The position numbers and the translations under genes are program-made. The notes under the pieces were generated by a model. That model was not told the DNA's origin and ran no database searches. It saw only the letters and a list, made by a program, of their open reading frames with translations. This document shows, piece after piece, positions 1 through 13,700 of a stretch of DNA of 64,000 nt (the first letter of the stretch is position 1; each line of letters starts with the position of its first letter). The DNA is from Strigamia acuminata (taxonomy: Eukaryota): assembly GCA_949358305.1 (NCBI GenBank), contig OX442314.1, forward strand, positions 1 to 64,000, read 5' to 3'.

Positions 1-3000
1 CCTAACCTAACCTAACCTAACCTAACCTAACCTAACCTAACCTAACCTAACCTAACCTAACCTAACCTAACCTAACCTAACCTAACCTAACCTAACCTAA
101 CCTAACCTAACCTAACCTAACCTAACCTAACCTAACCTAACCTAACCTAACCTAACCTAACCTAACCTAACCTAACCTAACCTAACCTAACCTAACCTAA
201 CCTAACCTAACCTAACCTAACCTAACCTAACCTAACCTAACCTAACCTAACCTAACCTAACCTAACCTAACCTAACCTAACCTAACCTAACCTAACCTAA
301 CCTAACCTAACCTAACCTAACCTAACCTAACCTAACCTAACCTAACCTAACCTAACCTAACCTAACCTAACCTAACCTAACCTAACCTAACCTAACCTAA
401 CCTAACCTAACCTAACCTAACCTAACCTAACCTAACCTAACCTAACCTAACCTAACCTAACCTAACCTAACCTAACCTAACCTAACCTAACCTAACCTAA
501 CCTAACCTAACCTAACCTAACCTAACCTAACCTAACCTAACCTAACCTAACCTAACCTAACCTAACCTAACCTAACCTAACCTAACCTAACCTAACCTAA
601 CCTAACCTAACCTAACCTAACCTAACCTAACCTAACCTAACCTAACCTAACCTAACCTAACCTAACCTAACCTAACCTAACCTAACCTAACCTAACCTAA
701 CCTAACCTAACCTAACCTAACCTAACCTAACCTAACCTAACCTAACCTAACCTAACCTAACCTAACCTAACCTAACCTAACCTAACCTAACCTAACCTAA
801 CCTAACCTAACCTAACCTAACCTAACCTAACCTAACCTAACCTAACCTAACCTAACCTAACCTAACCTAACCTAACCTAACCTAACCTAACCTAACCTAA
901 CCTAACCTAACCTAACCTAACCTAACCTAACCTAACCTAACCTAACCTAACCTAACCTAACCTAACCTAACCTAACCTAACCTAACCTAACCTAACCTAA
1001 CCTAACCTAACCTAACCTAACCTAACCTAACCTAACCTAACCTAACCTAACCTAACCTAACCTAACCTAACCTAACCTAACCTAACCTAACCTAACCTAA
1101 CCTAACCTAACCTAACCTAACCTAACCTAACCTAACCTAACCTAACCTAACCTAACCTAACCTAACCTAACCTAACCTAACCTAACCTAACCTAACCTAA
1201 CCTAACCTAACCTAACCTAACCTAACCTAACCTAACCTAACCTAACCTAACCTAACCTAACCTAACCTAACCTAACCTAACCTAACCTAACCTAACCTAA
1301 CCTAACCTAACCTAACCTAACCTAACCTAACCTAACCTAACCTAACCTAACCTAACCTAACCTAACCTAACCTAACCTAACCTAACCTAACCTAACCTAA
1401 CCTAACCTAACCTAACCTAACCTAACCTAACCTAACCTAACCTAACCTAACCTAACCTAACCTAACCTAACCTAACCTAACCTAACCTAACCTAACCTAA
1501 CCTAACCTAACCTAACCTAACCTAACCTAACCTAACCTAACCTAACCTAACCTAACCTAACCTAACCTAACCTAACCTAACCTAACCTAACCTAACCTAA
1601 CCTAACCTAACCTAACCTAACCTAACCTAACCTAACCTAACCTAACCTAACCTAACCTAACCTAACCTAACCTAACCTAACCTAACCTAACCTAACCTAA
1701 CCTAACCTAACCTAACCTAACCTAACCTAACCTAACCTAACCTAACCTAACCTAACCTAACCTAACCTAACCTAACCTAACCTAACCTAACCTAACCTAA
1801 CCTAACCTAACCTAACCTAACCTAACCTAACCTAACCTAACCTAACCTAACCTAACCTAACCTAACCTAACCTAACCTAACCTAACCTAACCTAACCTAA
1901 CCTAACCTAACCTAACCTAACCTAACCTAACCTAACCTAACCTAACCTAACCTAACCTAACCTAACCTAACCTAACCTAACCTAACCTAACCTAACCTAA
2001 CCTAACCTAACCTAACCTAACCTAACCTAACCTAACCTAACCTAACCTAACCTAACCTAACCTAACCTAACCTAACCTAACCTAACCTAACCTAACCTAA
2101 CCTAACCTAACCTAACCTAACCTAACCTAACCTAACCTAACCTAACCTAACCTAACCTAACCTAACCTAACCTAACCTAACCTAACCTAACCTAACCTAA
2201 CCTAACCTAACCTAACCTAACCTAACCTAACCTAACCTAACCTAACCTAACCTAACCTAACCTAACCTAACCTAACCTAACCTAACCTAACCTAACCTAA
2301 CCTAACCTAACCTAACCTAACCTAACCTAACCTAACCTAACCTAACCTAACCTAACCTAACCTAACCTAACCTAACCTAACCTAACCTAACCTAACCTAA
2401 CCTAACCTAACCTAACCTAACCTAACCTAACCTAACCTAACCTAACCTAACCTAACCTAACCTAACCTAACCTAACCTAACCTAACCTAACCTAACCTAA
2501 CCTAACCTAACCTAACCTAACCTAACCTAACCTAACCTAACCTAACCTAACCTAACCTAACCTAACCTAACCTAACCTAACCTAACCTAACCTAACCTAA
2601 CCTAACCTAACCTAACCTAACCTAACCTAACCTAACCTAACCTAACCTAACCTAACCTAACCTAACCTAACCTAACCTAACCTAACCTAACCTAACCTAA
2701 CCTAACCTAACCTAACCTAACCTAACCTAACCTAACCTAACCTAACCTAACCTAACCTAACCTAACCTAACCTAACCTAACCTAACCTAACCTAACCTAA
2801 CCTAACCTAACCTAACCTAACCTAACCTAACCTAACCTAACCTAACCTAACCTAACCTAACCTAACCTAACCTAACCTAACCTAACCTAACCTAACCTAA
2901 CCTAACCTAACCTAACCTAACCTAACCTAACCTAACCTAACCTAACCTAACCTAACCTAACCTAACCTAACCTAACCTAACCTAACCTAACCTAACCTAA

Positions 3001-6000
3001 CCTAACCTAACCTAACCTAACCTAACCTAACCTAACCTAACCTAACCTAACCTAACCTAACCTAACCTAACCTAACCTAACCTAACCTAACCTAACCTAA
3101 CCTAACCTAACCTAACCTAACCTAACCTAACCTAACCTAACCTAACCTAACCTAACCTAACCTAACCTAACCTAACCTAACCTAACCTAACCTAACCTAA
3201 CCTAACCTAACCTAACCTAACCTAACCTAACCTAACCTAACCTAACCTAACCTAACCTAACCTAACCTAACCTAACCTAACCTAACCTAACCTAACCTAA
3301 CCTAACCTAACCTAACCTAACCTAACCTAACCTAACCTAACCTAACCTAACCTAACCTAACCTAACCTAACCTAACCTAACCTAACCTAACCTAACCTAA
3401 CCTAACCTAACCTAACCTAACCTAACCTAACCTAACCTAACCTAACCTAACCTAACCTAACCTAACCTAACCTAACCTAACCTAACCTAACCTAACCTAA
3501 CCTAACCTAACCTAACCTAACCTAACCTAACCTAACCTAACCTAACCTAACCTAACCTAACCTAACCTAACCTAACCTAACCTAACCTAACCTAACCTAA
3601 CCTAACCTAACCTAACCTAACCTAACCTAACCTAACCTAACCTAACCTAACCTAACCTAACCTAACCTAACCTAACCTAACCTAACCTAACCTAACCTAA
3701 CCTAACCTAACCTAACCTAACCTAACCTAACCTAACCTAACCTAACCTAACCTAACCTAACCTAACCTAACCTAACCTAACCTAACCTAACCTAACCTAA
3801 CCTAACCTAACCTAACCTAACCTAACCTAACCTAACCTAACCTAACCTAACCTAACCTAACCTAACCTAACCTAACCTAACCTAACCTAACCTAACCTAA
3901 CCTAACCTAACCTAACCTAACCTAACCTAACCTAACCTAACCTAACCTAACCTAACCTAACCTAACCTAACCTAACCTAACCTAACCTAACCTAACCTAA
4001 CCTAACCTAACCTAACCTAACCTAACCTAACCTAACCTAACCTAACCTAACCTAACCTAACCTAACCTAACCTAACCTAACCTAACCTAACCTAACCTAA
4101 CCTAACCTAACCTAACCTAACCTAACCTAACCTAACCTAACCTAACCTAACCTAACCTAACCTAACCTAACCTAACCTAACCTAACCTAACCTAACCTAA
4201 CCTAACCTAACCTAACCTAACCTAACCTAACCTAACCTAACCTAACCTAACCTAACCTAACCTAACCTAACCTAACCTAACCTAACCTAACCTAACCTAA
4301 CCTAACCTAACCTAACCTAACCTAACCTAACCTAACCTAACCTAACCTAACCTAACCTAACCTAACCTAACCTAACCTAACCTAACCTAACCTAACCTAA
4401 CCTAACCTAACCTAACCTAACCTAACCTAACCTAACCTAACCTAACCTAACCTAACCTAACCTAACCTAACCTAACCTAACCTAACCTAACCTAACCTAA
4501 CCTAACCTAACCTAACCTAACCTAACCTAACCTAACCTAACCTAACCTAACCTAACCTAACCTAACCTAACCTAACCTAACCTAACCTAACCTAACCTAA
4601 CCTAACCTAACCTAACCTAACCTAACCTAACCTAACCTAACCTAACCTAACCTAACCTAACCTAACCTAACCTAACCTAACCTAACCTAACCTAACCTAA
4701 CCTAACCTAACCTAACCTAACCTAACCTAACCTAACCTAACCTAACCTAACCTAACCTAACCTAACCTAACCTAACCTAACCTAACCTAACCTAACCTAA
4801 CCTAACCTAACCTAACCTAACCTAACCTAACCTAACCTAACCTAACCTAACCTAACCTAACCTAACCTAACCTAACCTAACCTAACCTAACCTAACCTAA
4901 CCTAACCTAACCTAACCTAACCTAACCTAACCTAACCTAACCTAACCTAACCTAACCTAACCTAACCTAACCTAACCTAACCTAACCTAACCTAACCTAA
5001 CCTAACCTAACCTAACCTAACCTAACCTAACCTAACCTAACCTAACCTAACCTAACCTAACCTAACCTAACCTAACCTAACCTAACCTAACCTAACCTAA
5101 CCTAACCTAACCTAACCTAACCTAACCTAACCTAACCTAACCTAACCTAACCTAACCTAACCTAACCTAACCTAACCTAACCTAACCTAACCTAACCTAA
5201 CCTAACCTAACCTAACCTAACCTAACCTAACCTAACCTAACCTAACCTAACCTAACCTAACCTAACCTAACCTAACCTAACCTAACCTAACCTAACCTAA
5301 CCTAACCTAACCTAACCTAACCTAACCTAACCTAACCTAACCTAACCTAACCTAACCTAACCTAACCTAACCTAACCTAACCTAACCTAACCTAACCTAA
5401 CCTAACCTAACCTAACCTAACCTAACCTAACCTAACCTAACCTAACCTAACCTAACCTAACCTAACCTAACCTAACCTAACCTAACCTAACCTAACCTAA
5501 CCTAACCTAACCTAACCTAACCTAACCTAACCTAACCTAACCTAACCTAACCTAACCTAACCTAACCTAACCTAACCTAACCTAACCTAACCTAACCTAA
5601 CCTAACCTAACCTAACCTAACCTAACCTAACCTAACCTAACCTAACCTAACCTAACCTAACCTAACCTAACCTAACCTAACCTAACCTAACCTAACCTAA
5701 CCTAACCTAACCTAACCTAACCTAACCTAACCTAACCTAACCTAACCTAACCTAACCTAACCTAACCTAACCTAACCTAACCTAACCTAACCTAACCTAA
5801 CCTAACCTAACCTAACCTAACCTAACCTAACCTAACCTAACCTAACCTAACCTAACCTAACCTAACCTAACCTAACCTAACCTAACCTAACCTAACCTAA
5901 CCTAACCTAACCTAACCTAACCTAACCTAACCTAACCTAACCTAACCTAACCTAACCTAACCTAACCTAACCTAACCTAACCTAACCTAACCTAACCTAA

Positions 6001-7850
6001 CCTAACCTAACCTAACCTAACCTAACCTAACCTAACCTAACCTAACCTAACCTAACCTAACCTAACCTAACCTAACCTAACCTAACCTAACCTAACCTAA
6101 CCTAACCTAACCTAACCTAACCTAACCTAACCTAACCTAACCTAACCTAACCTAACCTAACCTAACCTAACCTAACCTAACCTAACCTAACCTAACCTAA
6201 CCTAACCTAACCTAACCTAACCTAACCTAACCTAACCTAACCTAACCTAACCTAACCTAACCTAACCTAACCTAACCTAACCTAACCTAACCTAACCTAA
6301 CCTAACCTAACCTAACCTAACCTAACCTAACCTAACCTAACCTAACCTAACCTAACCTAACCTAACCTAACCTAACCTAACCTAACCTAACCTAACCTAA
6401 CCTAACCTAACCTAACCTAACCTAACCTAACCTAACCTAACCTAACCTAACCTAACCTAACCTAACCTAACCTAACCTAACCTAACCTAACCTAACCTAA
6501 CCTAACCTAACCTAACCTAACCTAACCTAACCTAACCTAACCTAACCTAACCTAACCTAACCTAACCTAACCTAACCTAACCTAACCTAACCTAACCTAA
6601 CCTAACCTAACCTAACCTAACCTAACCTAACCTAACCTAACCTAACCTAACCTAACCTAACCTAACCTAACCTAACCTAACCTAACCTAACCTAACCTAA
6701 CCTAACCTAACCTAACCTAACCTAACCTAACCTAACCTAACCTAACCTAACCTAACCTAACCTAACCTAACCTAACCTAACCTAACCTAACCTAACCTAA
6801 CCTAACCTAACCTAACCTAACCTAACCTAACCTAACCTAACCTAACCTAACCTAACCTAACCTAACCTAACCTAACCTAACCTAACCTAACCTAACCTAA
6901 CCTAACCTAACCTAACCTAACCTAACCTAACCTAACCTAACCTAACCTAACCTAACCTAACCTAACCTAACCTAACCTAACCTAACCTAACCTAACCTAA
7001 CCTAACCTAACCTAACCTAACCTAACCTAACCTAACCTAACCTAACCTAACCTAACCTAACCTAACCTAACCTAACCTAACCTAACCTAACCTAACCTAA
7101 CCTAACCTAACCTAACCTAACCTAACCTAACCTAACCTAACCTAACCTAACCTAACCTAACCTAACCTAACCTAACCTAACCTAACCTAACCTAACCTAA
7201 CCTAACCTAACCTAACCTAACCTAACCTAACCTAACCTAACCTAACCTAACCTAACCTAACCTAACCTAACCTAACCTAACCTAACCTAACCTAACCTAA
7301 CCTAACCTAACCTAACCTAACCTAACCTAACCTAACCTAACCTAACCTAACCTAACCTAACCTAACCTAACCTAACCTAACCTAACCTAACCTAACCTAA
7401 CCTAACCTAACCTAACCTAACCTAACCTAACCTAACCTAACCTAACCTAACCTAACCTAACCTAACCTAACCTAACCTAACCTAACCTAACCTAACCTAA
7501 CCTAACCTAACCTAACCTAACCTAACCTAACCTAACCTAACCTAACCTAACCTAACCTAACCTAACCTAACCTAACCTAACCTAACCTAACCTAACCTAA
7601 CCTAACCTAACCTAACCTAACCTAACCTAACCTAACCTAACCTAACCTAACCTAACCTAACCTAACCTAACCTAACCTAACCTAACCTAACCTAACCTAA
7701 CCTAACCTAACCTAACCTAACCTAACCTAACCTAACCTAACCTAACCTAACCTAACCTAACCTAACCTAACCTAACCTAACCTAACCTAACCTAACCTAA
7801 CCTAACCTAACCTAACCTAACCTAACCTAACCTAACCTAACCTAACCTAA
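1..7850 (+). repeat. Telomeric array (CCTAA)n, i.e. TTAGG on the minus strand; left chromosome end
   Basis: CCTAA pentamers with no visible variant from base 1 to 7850 (1570 units), C-rich strand 5'. The array ends abruptly at ctaatgctaac. TTAGG is the ancestral arthropod telomere motif. Confidence 0.99.
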
Positions 7851-9097
7851 CTAATGCTAACTTTGGAGCTAACAAATAATTGGCCATTTTAGATCCGGTC
7901 CTAACAACAGATCCACAGTACTGTTCTTCTTTGCTAACATTTCTTTGGTGATCTAATGAATCACACCACCATTTGCTAACAGAACTAAAGGTTGCTGGCC
8001 ATCACCTGTGGAGAGAAACAGTTACAATGAACAGTCATTAGAACAGTTTCTTACGTGCAAGCCAAAATAGACACAGCAGACAGGCATTAGATCTGTTTGG
8101 CAAATTCCAAAAATGGGTGCTCTTCAGGGAAAGACACAAAGATAAGTTTAGTCCCGCCCCCCCCCCAAAAAAAATGCCCATAAAATGCAGCATTAGGTGC
8201 CATAAATATGTCTGTGGATATGGTATTGCAATTTGGAAAACAAACAAAACGATTTGGCCAACTATTATTCCCTCATGTAACAAACAAAAACACAGACAAT
8301 AAACACAACAACACTGTTTCAACTTTCCAAGAAGATGCCGCTCATGACATATTACAAAAATTTAAGAAAGCAACAGAAGGAGGAGAAGAAGAAGATGGAA
8401 GAGGAGGAAGTTGCCAAAAAGGTTGCTGTGCCAACATTACTAGCTGCATCCAAAAATTAAAATATTTGTGTTTTTACAATTTTAGTTTAAGTGTGTTTTA
8501 AGTTTAAATTTTGAGTGTGAGAATTTTAACTCTATTTTACATCATTGATCACCTGATATGTAATCAATTCCAAAATGTAGCATATAATACTCTCCAAGTG
8601 ATAGAAAGAAGTACGCATTGTTGGGATGTTATTATTTGCAGTTGGATTTAAAATTTCTATGCCTTGCTGGCAGAAGTGAGGTAGAAAATTTAAAAAAGTA
8701 TGACCAACTGGCACCAGAGGTCATTTCCAGCATCAATTCCAAGATGAAGTGATTGGACAAGAAAGAAGAAATTAATTAATAAAGCATCTAAATAATATTT
8801 GTTATCAATCTTAGTTAGGAAAACACCAAATTTTATGGTTTGAATAAGAATTGTGTAACTACTTAAAAACATGGACACAGGTGAGCTACCTGTTTTCATG
8901 AAAGGTCTTCAGAAATTGAAATTCAAAATTTTTGTATTTATGTTTTATGAGTGTGTAGTACAAAAATTAAAAATATAACAGGAAGTGATGTGATAGGTTG
9001 TGAAGTGATGTCATGTAACTACAGATAAAATTTAAATTTGTGAGTGCTGGAATTTTCATAAAACTTTGTTTGAAATAAAATGTGAATATAATTACAG

Positions 9098-9787
9098 AAA
9101 CCAAAATACACTGTTGAGTTCAGTACAGTGCAGCTGAACAGTAACATAAAGGGACGCCAGAGATTGCACCAAACCTTACAGGAATTCGCCTTCATTCTGC
9201 TGAAACCAGAGAAAAGACATTACAGGGAAGAGGTAGCTGAATTGGACCAAGAGGAAGAACAAGAAAAGGCAGAAGAATTTGTCCAAAAGGAGGAGCAAGA
9301 AAGACAAAAGGACAAACCAGTGGTACTAATTTTCCACAAGTTCTCCACAACTTCTCTACAAGAACATGCATTTCTTTTTTCAAAAACAGAAAGAATTATA
9401 CTTCAAACTTCGGAAGAAGGACGAAGAAGATGAGGAAGAGGTGGGTGGAAAAGTGTGTTTGGATTAAACACAGGCATTCCTATTCAATATCTGTAAACGA
9501 AATTTCAGGATGATATGTACCACGAGGAGGAAATCCTCCACATCCTGGAGGGGGATAAGGAAGGCTTGTCGCCGTCGTCCCTTGGCTCGTCGCCGTCGCC
9601 CCTTGGCTCGTCGCCTCTTTTATCTCCTGATCTGGAAGCGCTGGTTTTTCAGCCACCATTTTCATCTCCATCCATTCCGCTGGTGGAGTGGTGGGATGCC
9701 CGGCTCGCTGAGCTGGACGAGCAATTCCCGTTGGCATCATCTCCACCACCGGCCTCACCGACATCCAGCTCAGAGGGCGTATTTTGA
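9098..9787 (+). CDS. 3' exons of a spliced orphan gene (acidic, then Ser/Pro-rich protein): join(9098..9322, 9390..9440, 9509..9787); 5' end unresolved
   Basis: Two phase-0 GT-AG introns of 67 nt (9323-9389) and 68 nt (9441-9508) join KPKYTVEF...KDKPV | KELYFKLRKKDEEDEEE | DDMYHEEEILHILEG...SSEGVF* in one frame. Acceptors are aattacag, aaaacag and tttcag. No family recognised. Confidence 0.55.
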
Positions 9788-10637
9788 TAAGACGGAGGAT
9801 TACCGACAGCCGAACGTGCCATATCACCTTTTGGGTTTGAGTCAAGTTTGAAGTGTTTGATTGTTTGTCGTCATATCGTTCGCGTGATTTATTTATTGCA
9901 CACTTCAGGATATGTGCGAAAAGCGTGCTAATGTTTAATAGACCGATATTGTGATCAACTGATTGTGAATGTTATCCACTTGCTTGTATCGTTTATTCAT
10001 ATTAGCACGTGTCGTCTGCTCGAAAGAGCTTGTGTTGTTTTACATTTTCCATTATGCTATCAATTATATTTGCCGGTGCTTTTTTCTTTTGTAAAGGATA
10101 AATTAAGGTAATAAACCATTGATTTATCCTATGGTTATATTCGAGTGCAATTCAGCCTCGAAACATGTTTCATTTCGCTTATGTTCAGTTATTAAAACAT
10201 GGCAGGCGCATGTCGGTATCCCGCACCAGTTTAATTGCCTTATTAACTTTATTTCGGGTCATGAGAAGCCGGGATAAACTCTTTTTTACCTCCTCCCACA
10301 CCACCAAACTGAGAAGAAAAGAAGAAATATTTGAAATGTAAAAAAAGTATTTTATCTTGAGTGTACATTTAACAGTCAGATGGCTCTGTTACAGGTTGGA
10401 TGTATTTTTGTTACTAGATGGCACTTCTCTCTGTAATGCAAAAAGAAAAGAAAATATCTGAACCCCCAAACATAACGTAGAGGTTTAAAAACACCTGAAC
10501 TTTAATTAGAAGAAAAGACAGAAAATATAAAAAAATAAAAAAAAAACCCTCCAATATTTCACATTCCCAAAATAGCCTTTCCTACCAAACAATCATATGT
10601 CAAAACAACACTCCTAAGCAAGAAAAGAGGGAGAAGA

Positions 10638-10661
10638 GCAATAAATCCTAGCTGCCAATGA
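10638..10661 (+). promoter_or_regulatory. Repeated promoter-like motif GCAATAAA-N8-GCCAATGA (CCAAT box), copy 1
   Basis: Same motif and spacing at 17412-17435 and 18231-18254. Followed by a short candidate exon ending AAAG|GTAAGA (donor at 10773). Confidence 0.5.
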
Positions 10662-10741
10662 GCTGCTAGCACTAGTCACTAGAGCTAATAAACCCTCAGA
10701 TGAACACCAAACACCAACTACCCAACACCATAGACCTTCTC

Positions 10742-13700
10742 ATGGCTGCTTATGTGGAAACACACCTAAAAGGTAAGACAAGCTGTGTAGGAACAGATAA
10801 ATGAGTGAAATCAGTGTCAATAATTAGTAGCAAGCTGCGGTGTGAACCAGCACGACCAGGGTCCTTTAAATGTTTTTCAAATCTGTTGGTGCAATTTTTG
10901 TGTCCAAAAAAAAAAAAAAAAATGGATCAGCATTAAGTGGTTAAACAGCACCTGTTTTCACTCGTAAATGTATTTTCCTTTCACATATTTCATACCAACA
11001 AACAGGGTAAAAAATTAGTACATTTCACAGCCATTTTAAAAGTGGAAACGGAAAGGATAAATTTGATATTAAAAAAAAGTGACCAAGTACAAGAAAAAAT
11101 TTAAATGGAAGTATTAATTAATTATTCCCCCACCAAATAGTAAAAGGCATGGTTGGTTGTATGTGTTTCCCACCAAACCTAACAAATATGTGTTCACACC
11201 TAAGCCTGCAGCAATACCCAAACAGCTGCCTATCTGTCAGAACAAAATTAGTGTTTTCTTTCTCTCTGGTGTCAACTACATGGAAGAATGACACCACGAC
11301 TAGGATCTTTTAAATGTTTTGCAAATAAGTAAACATTAAATCTGTTGGTTTAATTTTTGTGTGGACAAAAAAGAAAAAGAAAGTGCTATCTGTCTGTCTG
11401 CTTCGGCGGTTCTCTGTGTGGAGAGTGTTTTGGGTGTGTTTCTTCTTGGAAAATGAATATTTTTTTTTCTTCCCTTTATTATGTATTCAGCCGAATAACC
11501 TCACCACAGGGGCCCAAAAAAATTGTTTTGTTTACCCAGCAGGAAACGAAAATCTGTCCGACGCCACATCAAATGAAAACACTGTGACAAAACAAACAGA
11601 CAAAGACAAAAACAGCAGCAAAAAGCTACCAGGTCGAAAAAAAAGAAATGGGAGTATTAATTAATTAAGAAAAGGGCTGAAATGTGTATTAGCCGCCAAC
11701 AATAGACAAGGGAGTTTGGAACCAAACAAACATGTGTCCATATCACAATACCCTGCTTATGTGTCAGGACAGAATTAGTGTTTTCTTTCTCCAACCTGGT
11801 GTCAACTACATGAAAGAATGAATAAATGTTTTTCAAATAAGTAAGGTGCACGCAGAAGTATAGAATAATTAGTTTTGGGGAATTATTTCTTTTGGCGTTT
11901 CTTCTGGAATCCAACCATTTTTTAAATAAATGTATTTTGACATTAGAATTCATTTTCAATAAATGGGATTAGAAGTTTTGGAGAAAAAAAAATTTGGTAC
12001 TTATTTAACATAAAAATGGGGGTGACTTAAGCATAGAATATTTTAGGTTTGATGCAAAAAAAGGATAAAATTAATATCACACAACATGCCTTTGTTTGAT
12101 TATGCCATCAATTTTCGGCCATTTTGTTTTGAAGCAATCCCTTGTGCAAAACTTGTAACCATTGTAGAAATCGCTGAAATATGGCAATTGAAGACACTAA
12201 TCAGACAAAGGCATGTTATGTGATATTAATTTCATTCATTTTTCATTTTTCACCTAACCTAAAATATTCTATACTTATGTAAAAACACTGCTAATTTTAT
12301 AGTCTGTCTTGACTAAATATTAAAACTGTAATGGAGCATGCAAAATAACGTGACCGTTGGTGCTGCTGAGATTTACATAACTGACTAGTTTATTCAAAGA
12401 TAGGTGGCGCTGTAGTAGCAGCGTCACAATATATAACAATGGTCAAGACTGACCAATGGAGTGCGAGACACTCCAGTATCCCCTCAATTGTGGAATGGGG
12501 GAAGGAACAATTTAGAACAGTGAAATCAATTGATCTACAAGGATGCAATGTAATTAAAGTTGGTTTAAAAACAATCAATTGAACAATGAATTAAAAGGTA
12601 ACATGCATTGGAGTGAAGACACTCCATCATCCCCTCAATTGTGAACCAACTAGGGGAGCAATTAGTAAATTCAAAGTAACAGTTTGACATGAAATGCAAA
12701 TTTAAATTGAACAATAAAATACTTGGATTTTAAAACTACTGAATTATGCACGAAATGAAACTTGTAAAATTGAACATAACATGAATTTTGATTCCAACAA
12801 TGAATGAAATTAAACAGTGAAATGCTAACATGATAAATGAACAATAGTTGAGTGAACTAGCTTGATGAATTAGCAGCTAGACGGGAGACGGAAAGGAAGT
12901 CGGAATGACTCTCTCCTCCCCTCACAAGAAGCCAACAGAGAGCTAATTGTGACCCGTGCCCAACGCATGCGGTAGCGTTTTGATGGGCGAAAAGTGCGGC
13001 TAGACCAACGATGGTCCGTGACATCACCTGCGATGCACACGCCGGCACAATGGTTTGACGACTGCGGCTGGTCCCGAAACAAACACTGGGAGTTGTAGAA
13101 GCTACCCAAATGGCGTCTGCGGTTGTGACCAGTGATTTTCTGCGCTGGGGCAACCGTGGTCGAACGTGCATAGATGTCGGAGACTGCACATGTGGCGAGC
13201 TTCATCCGAATGGCTGACTGGTGAGCCTGAGCAAACTTCATTTCATACTGACTGATGATGGTTTGCTGAATGGCTGACTGGTGAGCCTGAGCGAACTTCA
13301 TTTCAGACTGACTGATGATGGTTTGCTGAATGTAGACACAACTCAACCCGTGGAGTTGATCAGAATAGTTGCAGTGCTCCGAACGCAGCTGCAACGAAAT
13401 GGCGAAATTTGCAACGGATTCCACCTGTCCCTGCACTCGGGTGTTGAAATTTCGACCGCGAGGAGGGGTTTTGAGTGCTGTTAATTGGCCTTCAACGCGG
13501 CGAGGGCAGCGAACGTCATCTGCACAAGCTTCATTGGAAAACAGGACAGCCAGACGTGTGTACGGCAGCCCGCCGACGAGGCACAGCAAAACAACCACTT
13601 TCTTCGTGTCATAGGTGATGTCACTGCACACGAAAAAGCAGTCCAACTGGTCAATGTAGTGGGTCCAGTTATTCTTGATGCAATATGGTTGCAGTGAACC

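Noticed and set aside
1..7850. TRAS/SART-type retrotransposon insertions in the telomere array
   Set aside because: No interruption, poly(A) junction or RT/endonuclease ORF is seen in or next to the array.
8038..8899. Short ORFs next to the telomere as genes
   Set aside because: No motifs recognised and no consistent splice model linking them to the 9098-9787 exons could be built.
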